DNA of 64,000 bases from an uncultured Bacteroides sp. (GTDB taxonomy: Bacteria; Bacteroidota; Bacteroidia; Bacteroidales; Muribaculaceae): NCBI GenBank assembly GCA_964442005.1, contig CAYTWG010000004.1, positions 1,694-65,693 on the forward strand. Direction: 5' to 3'. The notes under the pieces are model-generated. The model searched no databases, had not been told where the DNA came from, and was given only the letters and a program-made list of their open reading frames with translations. Positions within the stretch are counted from its first letter, which is position 1. Each line of letters begins with the position of its first letter. Position numbers and translations under genes: made by a program. This document shows positions 29,324-37,969 of this stretch, in pieces.

Positions 29324-30217
29324 TTATAGATTCCAATTTGTAATCTCGCCGCCAACTTCGATCTTGACTTGTTCGGGGTTCTTGTCTATCACGAGATTCA
29401 CAATGTGGTGAATACCCGGTTTAAACAGGAATTTGCTTTCATAAAGGAAAGACACACCGTTCATCTCTATTTCGATAAGCGGTACGCGATTCTCCAGTCG
29501 CTGCGGCACAATGATTGCCGAATAGCTCGTCGGGCTATCCTGATGCGCCAGGATAGTCTTGCGGAGTCCGCGCACATCCTTGGTGGCAACGCCCGCCGAC
29601 AAGTCTAAAGTCGCTTCCGGGCAGGTATTATGAATCGACACCTTGGCTATCGCGGGTATATCGCCCTCATAATCCTCCCCTTTGATAAGTCGGATTGTGA
29701 GCTTGCTCATGATATGTTTGAACTGAAGATTGACGGTTGAATTTGAGGCTACGACTCCACGGGCTGAAGCATAGAGATAATCTGATGCTTCATAGCCACT
29801 CGTTACGCCCCCGCTTGTAGCGCGCTGATCGGTGCTGACTTCGATGGGTAAGTCTTCTATTGAACTGATGTCTCCCACGCGAGGATAGTAGGCATACACG
29901 TTATATGTACCCCTCTCCCAGTATAGTGTGCGTGAAGATGTCCAGGTCGACCCGGTAAATGTCAGCCCTTCATTATTGACGGTATTGCCACTGATTTCAA
30001 GCGGCTTCTCAGTCTCCGACACGAAGAGTCCCACTACATCTCCCGCTTCAAAGGCGGTCTCGGTAGCACGAGATTGCGACGGATGGCTGAAATTGAAATT
30101 CATGGCGATTTTTCCCTCTGAAATGATGTCAGGCTCAAGTGTTGAATCGGCAGAGCACGATACGAGTGCTCCGGTCAGTAAGATAACGCTTGCGATTGAA
30201 TATATATTGTGTTTCAT
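29324..30217 (-). CDS. fimbrillin-family (Mfa-like) lipoprotein
   Basis: Lipobox LTGALVSC. F.AGD.VGLFV, YEASDYLYA and KHIMSKLTIRL patterns shared with the other two fimbrillin-like modules in the operon. Confidence 0.75.
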   Translation of the reverse strand: MKHNIYSIASVILLTGALVSCSADSTLEPDIISEGKIAMNFNFSHPSQSRATETAFEAGDVVGLFVSETEKPLEISGNTVNNEGLTFTGSTWTSSRTLYWERGTYNVYAYYPRVGDISSIEDLPIEVSTDQRATSGGVTSGYEASDYLYASARGVVASNSTVNLQFKHIMSKLTIRLIKGEDYEGDIPAIAKVSIHNTCPEATLDLSAGVATKDVRGLRKTILAHQDSPTSYSAIIVPQRLENRVPLIEIEMNGVSFLYESKFLFKPGIHHIVNLVIDKNPEQVKIEVGGEITNWNL

Positions 30218-30246
30218 CGTTAACTATTCTTTAATTAACCAAATTT

Positions 30247-33200
30247 TTACTTATGCGATTTAATGGCTCGTTTCTTGCTTGAGGCGAGCGGGTCCCCTTT
30301 ATGGATCACAGGCGGCATAGAGTACTCGGTAATCCTGTTGGAACCGCCGAGGTCAACGCTACGCGATGTCTCGGTAAGCACACGCTTATCGTTAGCGACA
30401 AATTCCTCAAAGTTATATTCCTCGCCGGCATAGCGCTTGATGCGCTTGACGATGCTCTCGCGGCTGATGGTGCTGTAGTAAGGGATGTCGTTGTTCATGC
30501 AGCTGTTCTGCTCTGAGCGGAATACTCCGCGGGTGTGCATGTAGCCCCCCTCGTAGATATCGACTACGTCGCTGTAACGCGGGTCAAAGATCAGGTGGCT
30601 CCATCCCACTGCATGCATTTTGCCGGTGAGTTCAAGATTGTCATACCATCCGAGTGACTTTGCAGAATTGAAAGCATCAACGTGTCCACAACAGGTGCAG
30701 CCGCAGAAATCTATGAAAGCATTGTGGTAAATATACTCGTCACCGAGCTTACCAAATCCGTGACCACCTGCCTCGTGCTGCATCACACCTCGCGAGTCAA
30801 GCGGATAGCCGTAGTCGCTCTTGGGACAGAAGGCGATTGCCGCACCTGATTCCCACATCTGGCATATTCCGCCGTAATCAGTGCTATTGGGTATTATGAT
30901 AATCAATGTCTGGTTCAGATTCTGCGGGGAAACTGTCGGTGCGGCAAGAACATAGTCAAACACCTCGTCATAGTCGCATCGCAGTCCCACGCCGCCGGTA
31001 TAGGTCGTATTAAAGCGGTTGTAGCGTATGGTGTTGATTGATCCTACACCCGACTCGGTCGACAGCGGGAACGCGGTATAGACATTGAAGTAGTCGCGAT
31101 AGGTTGTGTAGGGTTCGATGCCGAAGAAATGCTCCACACCCTCTTTGATGTCCTTGAGATAAGTTCCCTCAGAGATTTCTTTTGCGTCATAGCCGTCGCC
31201 GAGGAACACCAGATTGATGCCTCCGGTATTGCCTCTGGTTGCTTTTTGTAATGACAGGAATTCATCTTCGCCATATTCGTATCCATATTGTGTCACGTGG
31301 CACTTGTGAGTGTACTCTTTATCCTTCAGCAAAAAGACGATATCGCCTTCGCGGGTTTCAGCCGTCGGGCAAGACTTGATGGTAAGAGTTATTTCATTTT
31401 TCTTGCTGCCTGAGTTTTGCGAAAGCTCACACCAGTCAGGCTTGGAAGCAACCACCCAGTCTCCCTCGGCATCAATGACAAGTGTCTGCTTGTGCTCGGT
31501 GCCTAAGGCGCATGCTACTGACGGGCGGCATACCAACTCATGGTGAGCGGCGATTCGTTTGAAGTCACACCATCCGGGAGCGACCTGATACTGAGCGATA
31601 GCCGATTCCGGTACTTCCACCGTAAAATTATCTTTCGCGACTCCATTGAAAGCTCCCTCCTGAATATATGCCGGAAGAGCTCCCTTACATATTATCTTAC
31701 CCAAGCCGTAGCAACCCTCGAAAGCGCCTCCGACTTCAGCTTCATAACAGATACTTTCAAGTCCTTCGGGAAATATCACGCCCTCAAGACTGCTGCAATG
31801 AGAGAAAGCTCCGGCGCCGATAGAAATCACATTTTCCGGTATTTCAACCGTACCCATCAGTCGCCAGTTGTAGGCTAAACATTTTTCACCTATGGTGCGC
31901 AGTCCTTTGGGAAGCACTAACTCACCTGAAAAATCATCGTTATAGAAAGCACTGTGGCTTAATACTTCAAGATTTTTTGGCAAGCAAAGTTCCCCCTTGA
32001 AGCCATTGTTAGAAAATGCATCGGCACCGATTGCGGTAATTCCATCATGCAGGGTCAAAGTGCCCCCCATCCAACAACCATCGAAGCAGCGGCGAGGAAT
32101 GTTCGTAACTCCCTGAGGTATTTCAAGATTACCTGACAGATTCTTACATTCCCCAAAAGTTTCCACGCCTAATGATTTGAGATTCTCAGGCAGACGAAGT
32201 GATCCGTAGAAGTTTTTACAATCATAAAAACTCTGTTTCTCAATCTCTTCGAGACTTTCAGGTAAGACAAGCTCACACGTAAAACGACACTCACGGAAAG
32301 CCGCTTCGCCTATTCGCTTCAATGTCGTTGGTAAAGACAGGTTCCCGGTCAGATTCATACAACCATAAAAAGCACCTCTTTCAATAATCTCAACTCCTTC
32401 AGGAATAATCAGAGACCCGGATAAATGAGAACAACAGTAAAACGCCCTTACACCAATCCCCTTTAACTTGTCGGGCAAGACAAGAGTTATAAGCGTCAGT
32501 TTTTCTTCTAATGCGGAATTCGGAATGATATCATCCACAACTTTTACATCCTTGAGGTTCAGAGCGGCAAGATGTGGCATCTCATTTTTCATCACGGCAA
32601 AGTCTCTGGAATCTATTGTGCCTGTCAATTTAATGTTTTTTACTTCGGCAATATTCTTGCCGGCTGCTGCAATACACTCGTCAAGTGTTCCCGGTTCCGG
32701 CACGTCGATGACTATATACTCTTTGGAAGTGGCGTCGTGGCTGACGAGGTCGTTCTCCCACGGTGTGATGCTCTCGCTGATGAGCGTGAGGGTATAGTCG
32801 CCGGTAGATACTTTCTTATCTACCTTGATACCGAAGTTACTCATCTTTCCGGCTACATACTCAAAGTCCTCGTTCTTGGAAAATTTATAGGGGATGCCAC
32901 CGAGAGTAATGGTGAAAAGTGTAGTTCCCGAAGGGATAATCTGAGGCACAACGATAGCACGCCATTCGTCGCCACGCTTGGTGGGGATAATTGAATTTTT
33001 ACCTACCTCGCCGTCAGGCTTGACCTCGCCGGTTGCAAGGTTGATGACAGCATCCTGGATTGTGTTGGATACGAGCACTTGTTTCTCGAGGTCAGTCCAC
33101 TCGCCTGCCGCAAAACCACTACCTTCCACGAGAGTCACGCGGGCATTAGCCATGCGGTGGGTGAGCGGGAGTCGAATCTCGTTGGTTGTAGGCTCGACTC

Positions 33201-33690
33201 CGCCCACTTTCCCCCATAGAAAATCTGATGCCTCATATTCGCCCATCGTTCCGTCATTGTAGGTACGGGCTTGGTTGACCCGGACTGTAAATCGATAGTT
33301 ATTTACGTCATCGGGCGATCCGAATGGATAGTAACCATAGACATCAATACGTGTGTGTTTATCTTTCCAATACAAGTCGTAGGCTGAGTTCCAGCGATAT
33401 GCAGCCTCATCAAAGGTGTGGCGCACGTTGTTGCCGCGATTGCCTTTTGATTGCAATGTGCCGGGCACGGTTCCTTCATAATCTACGATATAAACGCCAA
33501 TCACGTCACCGTCGGCAAAGCCGTCATCATTGGCACGGGTGACTGACTCCTGGTTTATCTGTCCCGCGAGCGTGATAAGATTCTGTCCGTCGGCGGGTTG
33601 ACCGGACTGGTCATAGTTGATATCGGAGCAAGCTGCAAGCATCGTCGCCGCAACTATTCCGGCTGTATATAGATATCTTTTCATAATCAA
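30247..33690 (-). CDS. chimeric surface lipoprotein: fimbrillin-like N-domain + BspA-type LRR + BACON-like module + M64 (IgA-peptidase-like) metallopeptidase domain
   Basis: 1147 aa. Lipobox MLAAC. Fimbrillin pattern (DGFADGDVIGVYIV..., YEASDFLWGKV, LTHRMANARVTL). About 370 aa of LRR_5 units. DWVVASKPDWCELS...ITLTIK is BACON-like. INLVFLGDGYD...FNVYT...HEAGGHGFGKLGDEY is M64-like. Confidence 0.8.
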   Translation of the reverse strand: MIMKRYLYTAGIVAATMLAACSDINYDQSGQPADGQNLITLAGQINQESVTRANDDGFADGDVIGVYIVDYEGTVPGTLQSKGNRGNNVRHTFDEAAYRWNSAYDLYWKDKHTRIDVYGYYPFGSPDDVNNYRFTVRVNQARTYNDGTMGEYEASDFLWGKVGGVEPTTNEIRLPLTHRMANARVTLVEGSGFAAGEWTDLEKQVLVSNTIQDAVINLATGEVKPDGEVGKNSIIPTKRGDEWRAIVVPQIIPSGTTLFTITLGGIPYKFSKNEDFEYVAGKMSNFGIKVDKKVSTGDYTLTLISESITPWENDLVSHDATSKEYIVIDVPEPGTLDECIAAAGKNIAEVKNIKLTGTIDSRDFAVMKNEMPHLAALNLKDVKVVDDIIPNSALEEKLTLITLVLPDKLKGIGVRAFYCCSHLSGSLIIPEGVEIIERGAFYGCMNLTGNLSLPTTLKRIGEAAFRECRFTCELVLPESLEEIEKQSFYDCKNFYGSLRLPENLKSLGVETFGECKNLSGNLEIPQGVTNIPRRCFDGCWMGGTLTLHDGITAIGADAFSNNGFKGELCLPKNLEVLSHSAFYNDDFSGELVLPKGLRTIGEKCLAYNWRLMGTVEIPENVISIGAGAFSHCSSLEGVIFPEGLESICYEAEVGGAFEGCYGLGKIICKGALPAYIQEGAFNGVAKDNFTVEVPESAIAQYQVAPGWCDFKRIAAHHELVCRPSVACALGTEHKQTLVIDAEGDWVVASKPDWCELSQNSGSKKNEITLTIKSCPTAETREGDIVFLLKDKEYTHKCHVTQYGYEYGEDEFLSLQKATRGNTGGINLVFLGDGYDAKEISEGTYLKDIKEGVEHFFGIEPYTTYRDYFNVYTAFPLSTESGVGSINTIRYNRFNTTYTGGVGLRCDYDEVFDYVLAAPTVSPQNLNQTLIIIIPNSTDYGGICQMWESGAAIAFCPKSDYGYPLDSRGVMQHEAGGHGFGKLGDEYIYHNAFIDFCGCTCCGHVDAFNSAKSLGWYDNLELTGKMHAVGWSHLIFDPRYSDVVDIYEGGYMHTRGVFRSEQNSCMNNDIPYYSTISRESIVKRIKRYAGEEYNFEEFVANDKRVLTETSRSVDLGGSNRITEYSMPPVIHKGDPLASSKKRAIKSHK

Positions 33691-33726
33691 TACTAACTGG
33701 TTTATATTTATACTTTGTCAGATCGT

Positions 33727-34656
33727 TTAATCGGCAGTTCCACCATTATCGACACCATTATCTTCCCATGGAGTGATATTGACATTGACGCCATTGGATG
33801 TCTTGTCGAGGACAATTGTAAATTTGTGGCTTCGGGCACTCTCGAATGAGAAAGCCTTATTGAAGTTGAAGTCGCGTCCGTCAACTGTCACAGTAATGAG
33901 ATTTCCCTCACCTACTGCCTGCGGAACGATAAGTGCTTTATAAGAATTACCGTCTTTCAGTGGTATCACGGACGAAGGATTGCCTATGGGTGTCACCGCT
34001 CCGGTGGCGATATCAACGGTCGAGTTACACTTGACTCCATTGATTTTGACTGACACATTGGATGCCGCGATAGATTCTTTGGTAAATCCGTTGCCTGCCT
34101 CCAAGCTGATCTCGATACGGCTCATGACGTGGTTGGCGGGGATTACGGTTGCCGATGATGTGGGAGACACGTTGAGTGTTTTGCCGGTCATGAAGTCGGA
34201 CGCTTTGTAAGCCGCTTCGGTCGACTGATTCTCTTTCACGGCAAAGGGGTGAGCATTGACCGACTTGACATCAGCGTAGGGATAATAGATGTAAAAATCG
34301 GCATGGGTTTCCTTATTGAGCCAATAGATGGGTGAGTCGGGATTCCACTGACCATTGTAGGTGTGGCGCATATTGTTGACGTGGTTTCCGGTATTGGAAA
34401 GCGTTCCGGCTGTTGTTCCGTTATAGTTGACAACGTAAAGACCGATGCAATCACCCGTCTCAAAGCCATAGTCGGTGGCACGGGATTCCTGTATCAACGG
34501 ACTTATCCTGATTTCAATATTTTCATCCGACGGATCGGTCGGAACAACGGGAGGTGTGGGGACAGGCTCGTCAATTGATTCTTTAGAACAACTTAATAAT
34601 GTCATGGCAAGTAAAGTGCTTAACGTAATAAGCGGAGAAAATGATAATGATCTCAT
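33727..34656 (-). CDS. fimbrillin-family (Mfa-like) lipoprotein (first gene of the operon)
   Basis: Lipobox TLLSC. YGFETGDCIGLYVV, YKASDFMTGKT and NHVMSRIEISL patterns. Confidence 0.75.
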   Translation of the reverse strand: MRSLSFSPLITLSTLLAMTLLSCSKESIDEPVPTPPVVPTDPSDENIEIRISPLIQESRATDYGFETGDCIGLYVVNYNGTTAGTLSNTGNHVNNMRHTYNGQWNPDSPIYWLNKETHADFYIYYPYADVKSVNAHPFAVKENQSTEAAYKASDFMTGKTLNVSPTSSATVIPANHVMSRIEISLEAGNGFTKESIAASNVSVKINGVKCNSTVDIATGAVTPIGNPSSVIPLKDGNSYKALIVPQAVGEGNLITVTVDGRDFNFNKAFSFESARSHKFTIVLDKTSNGVNVNITPWEDNGVDNGGTAD

Positions 34657-34682
34657 AATATTGATTTTTGAATTGTTTGGTG

Positions 34683-34690
34683 CAAAAATA
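34683..34690 (-). promoter_or_regulatory. -7 box TATTTTTG for the fimbrillin-LRR-kinase operon
   Basis: The plus strand reads CAAAAATA, 27 nt upstream of the ATG at 34656. Confidence 0.4.
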
Positions 34691-34877
34691 GAACAAAAGA
34701 AAAATGCATCAAAATTTTCCGAAGTTCAAAAGAGTTCAAGTTTTTTAAACACACTACCGCCGGCAAAAAGTTGTTTACAAGTGAGCTCTGATCAAAGAGA
34801 AATCATGTATATACTTGTTTAGAACAATTTACGACTATTAAACGCAATTCTTAGAGAGGAGTATAAAAATTTTTTCT

Positions 34878-34885
34878 TACCTTTG
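34878..34885 (+). promoter_or_regulatory. -7 box TACCTTTG upstream of riboswitch copy B
   Basis: Matches TAnnTTTG, in the same relative position as the box before copy A. Confidence 0.45.
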
Positions 34886-34916
34886 CCATCATAAAAATAT
34901 TAATCAGTTAACACTA

Positions 34917-35048
34917 ACAAATAATTCGGGAAACGCGTGTGAATCGCGTACTGTCGCGCAACTGTGAACGAAACGATGTAGCCCCCCCGGGGCTGTTTCA
35001 AAGTCAGGAACCGAGGGGTAACCAGTCCTCAAGCACCGTTACTTTCGC
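34917..35048 (+). promoter_or_regulatory. cobalamin (B12) riboswitch, copy B (btuB leader)
   Basis: Same conserved core and B12-box as copy A. It directly precedes a TonB-dependent receptor, the classic context. Boundaries are approximate. Confidence 0.85.
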
Positions 35049-37082
35049 ATGAAAAAGTTACTGCTGTCAGCCCTGTATATTATTACAACCGTGCCATTTA
35101 CCGGTGCTGTCGACTCCTACGGTGACGCCGAGGCAACGTATCGTTTCTCCGACTCGATAATGGCGCTCAACGAGGTGACAGTAGTCGAGAACCGAAAGAA
35201 AGAAATCATCCGTTCTCAGTCGATTGACGCCTCTGAGATCGAGAGGCTGAGCGCCCACTCCGTTGCCGACGCGCTCCGTTACTTTTCCGGAGTACAAGTC
35301 AAGGACTTCGGAGGCATCGGAGGCATCAAGACAATCAACATCCGATCAATGGGCTCTCACCATGTGGGGGTGTTCTACGACGGCATACAGCTCGGAAACG
35401 CCCAGAACGGGCAGATCGATCTCGGACGCTACTCCCTCGACAACATCGAGGAAATATCGCTCTACAACGGACAGAAAAGCAATATATTCCAGAGCGCAAA
35501 GGACTTCGGCTCGTCGGGCACTGTCTATCTGCGCACACGCCGTCCACGATGGAAAGGCGACGAACGATCACGCCTGACCGCTCAGTTCTCGACCGGAAGC
35601 TTCGGTCTGCTGCATCCCGAGATCGTCTACGAGCACCGCCTGTCTCACAACGTCAGTCTCTCAGCATCGGCGGGATATACCGGTGCCGACGGACGATACC
35701 GGTTCCGCTACCGCCGCCTTAACCTTGACAACACCGTCGCCTACGACACCACCGCAACCCGTCACAACGGCGACATCGAAGCCTTGCGCGGAGAGCTCTC
35801 CCTCTTCGGATTCATGGAACAGGGCAGCTGGAGCAGCAAGATATACTATTACGACTCTGAACGCGGCATCCCCGGTGCCATAGTCAACAATGTCTTTCGC
35901 AACGGCGAGCGACAGTGGGACCGCAATTTCTTCGTTCAGGGCACGTTCGAATATCTTTTCTCCTCGACCTATCACCTTCGGGTCAACGGCAAGGCGGCTA
36001 TCGACTACATGCACTATCTGCGCGACGACCCCAAAGAGCTGTATATCAATAACCGATACCGTCAGCAGGAAGCATATCTATCAGCGGCAAACCTGTTCCG
36101 CATCAACTCCTGGTGGAATGTGACCGCTTCAGTCGACCTCCAGTGGAACCGCATGACCGCTGACCTCTCCAACTTCCTCTACCCCATACGACTCACTGAG
36201 ATGGTAGCCGTGGCGACATCGGTCGACCGCGGTGCGTGGAGCGCACAGGCAAGCCTGCTCGGCACATTCCTCCAGGACCGAACGGGAAACGCCTACACCC
36301 ACGGTCGCCGCACATCGTGTCGAGCCAACCTCTCCCCCGCCCTGTTCGCCTCTTGGAAACCGCTCGGCACGGCTTCATGGCACGTCACGGGATTCATCAA
36401 GCGCTCGATGCGCATGCCCACCTTCAACGACCTGTATTACACCGAAATAGGCAACAAGGAACTTGAACCTGAGTACACGATGCAATACAGTCTCGGGAGC
36501 GACATAACCGTTCCGATAAACCGGAAATTTATCCGACAACTCGACTTCCAGGGCAATTTTTACTTCAATCGGGTCACAAACAAGATAATAGCCTACCCCG
36601 CCGGACAGCAGTTCCGCTGGACGATGCTCAATCTCGGGACCGTAGACATCACCGGAGCCGAGCTGTCGGCCGAGGCTCTGTTCAACGCCGGCACGGTCGA
36701 CATCCATCTGCGTGGCAACTATACCTTTCAGCGCGCCATCGACGTGACCGACCGCGAGGACCTTTATTACCGGCATCAGATTCCTTACATACCTCGCCAC
36801 GCGTTCTCCATAGCCGGCGGTGCCGACTGGCGCGGATGGACTCTGAATTACTCGTTCATCTACACCGGACTGCGGTACAGCGCCCAGGAAAACATCCCCG
36901 ACAATCTCGAGCAGCCATGGTACACCCACGACATGTCGCTCTTCAAGACCGTGCCGCTCCGACGCGTATCACTCCGTGTAGGCGCCGAGATAAACAATCT
37001 CTTCAACCAGGACTATGAGGTCATACGCAACTACCCCATGCCCGGACGTAACTTTAAAATAACACTCAAAGTAACAATATGA
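35049..37082 (+). CDS. btuB: TonB-dependent receptor, BtuB-like corrinoid transporter
   Basis: 677 aa with a signal peptide, a plug domain (VADALRYFSGVQVKDFGGIGGIKTINIRSMGSHHVGVFYDGIQL) and a beta-barrel. It sits under a B12 riboswitch. Confidence 0.85.
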   Translation: MKKLLLSALYIITTVPFTGAVDSYGDAEATYRFSDSIMALNEVTVVENRKKEIIRSQSIDASEIERLSAHSVADALRYFSGVQVKDFGGIGGIKTINIRSMGSHHVGVFYDGIQLGNAQNGQIDLGRYSLDNIEEISLYNGQKSNIFQSAKDFGSSGTVYLRTRRPRWKGDERSRLTAQFSTGSFGLLHPEIVYEHRLSHNVSLSASAGYTGADGRYRFRYRRLNLDNTVAYDTTATRHNGDIEALRGELSLFGFMEQGSWSSKIYYYDSERGIPGAIVNNVFRNGERQWDRNFFVQGTFEYLFSSTYHLRVNGKAAIDYMHYLRDDPKELYINNRYRQQEAYLSAANLFRINSWWNVTASVDLQWNRMTADLSNFLYPIRLTEMVAVATSVDRGAWSAQASLLGTFLQDRTGNAYTHGRRTSCRANLSPALFASWKPLGTASWHVTGFIKRSMRMPTFNDLYYTEIGNKELEPEYTMQYSLGSDITVPINRKFIRQLDFQGNFYFNRVTNKIIAYPAGQQFRWTMLNLGTVDITGAELSAEALFNAGTVDIHLRGNYTFQRAIDVTDREDLYYRHQIPYIPRHAFSIAGGADWRGWTLNYSFIYTGLRYSAQENIPDNLEQPWYTHDMSLFKTVPLRRVSLRVGAEINNLFNQDYEVIRNYPMPGRNFKITLKVTI

Positions 37083-37969
37083 AATCAGTATTAAAACTTC
37101 CGACAATAATTCTCGCGTTATCAGCAACAGCCGTTTCATGCTCGTCTGATGATGACGGAGAAAACGTAGATCCCGGATACCTCACGCTCCATGCCGCCGG
37201 CGTGACAGTCATCGACTACCGTCCCGCTCCCGGACAGTTTGTCAACGAGATACCGGAGTGGGAACCAGGCGACGATCACGCTGCCATGTGCCGTAAAGCC
37301 TCCGAGATGATCAACGACGGCAGCATAGTCACCCTCGGTGCTTTCGGCGGTTCCATAACGATGAAACTCGACCGCCCGATTAAGAATCACCCCGATACCC
37401 CCGACTTCATTATACTTGGCAACGCCATTTCTACGAGCGCCGAACCGGGGCATATCTATGTATCGGAGGACGGCGAGCACTGGTATCTCTGTGTAGGCGA
37501 AGTCGGCTACTCCCCCTCCTGGATCGTAACAGTGACCTACCGCCGCCCTGCCGACGGTTTCACCGACGAGAATTATATCCCCTGGTCGCTCTCCTATCCC
37601 GACGGGACCGGCAAGACAGGTTATCTCAGCCGTGTACCTCAGTACCATCAGCAAGACTACTATCCGGCATGGGTCGACTCCGACGAAATAACATGCTCCG
37701 CAATACGCCTGCCCGACAACGGCTGGTTTGACGAAGCGACAGGACAGTATGTCCTCTCCCCCTACACAGGATATGCCGACTCCTATCCCAACGGCACTTA
37801 TGACTCGCTTATCGAGCTTGACAATGTGTGCGACAGCAACGGCGACCTTTATAATATAGGTGAAGTCCGATACATCCGCGTGGTGACCGGGGTGCTTCAG
37901 AACAACGGACCGCTCGGAGAGTGCTCTACCGAGGTCGGACAGATATACATCGTCACCGATGAAGAGTAA
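37079..37969 (+). CDS. surface lipoprotein of the B12 locus (function unknown)
   Basis: ATGA overlap with the btuB stop. Lipobox ATAVSC. 296 aa. Confidence 0.7.
   Translation: MKSVLKLPTIILALSATAVSCSSDDDGENVDPGYLTLHAAGVTVIDYRPAPGQFVNEIPEWEPGDDHAAMCRKASEMINDGSIVTLGAFGGSITMKLDRPIKNHPDTPDFIILGNAISTSAEPGHIYVSEDGEHWYLCVGEVGYSPSWIVTVTYRRPADGFTDENYIPWSLSYPDGTGKTGYLSRVPQYHQQDYYPAWVDSDEITCSAIRLPDNGWFDEATGQYVLSPYTGYADSYPNGTYDSLIELDNVCDSNGDLYNIGEVRYIRVVTGVLQNNGPLGECSTEVGQIYIVTDEE

Noticed and set aside
34657-34900. Invertible (phase-variable) promoter upstream of the fimbrillin-kinase operon
   Set aside because: The only inverted repeat is weak and imperfect (TTGTTTACAAGT ... ACTTGTTTAGAACAA, about 35 nt apart), and it does not flank the -7 box. 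No nearby recombinase gene is present.
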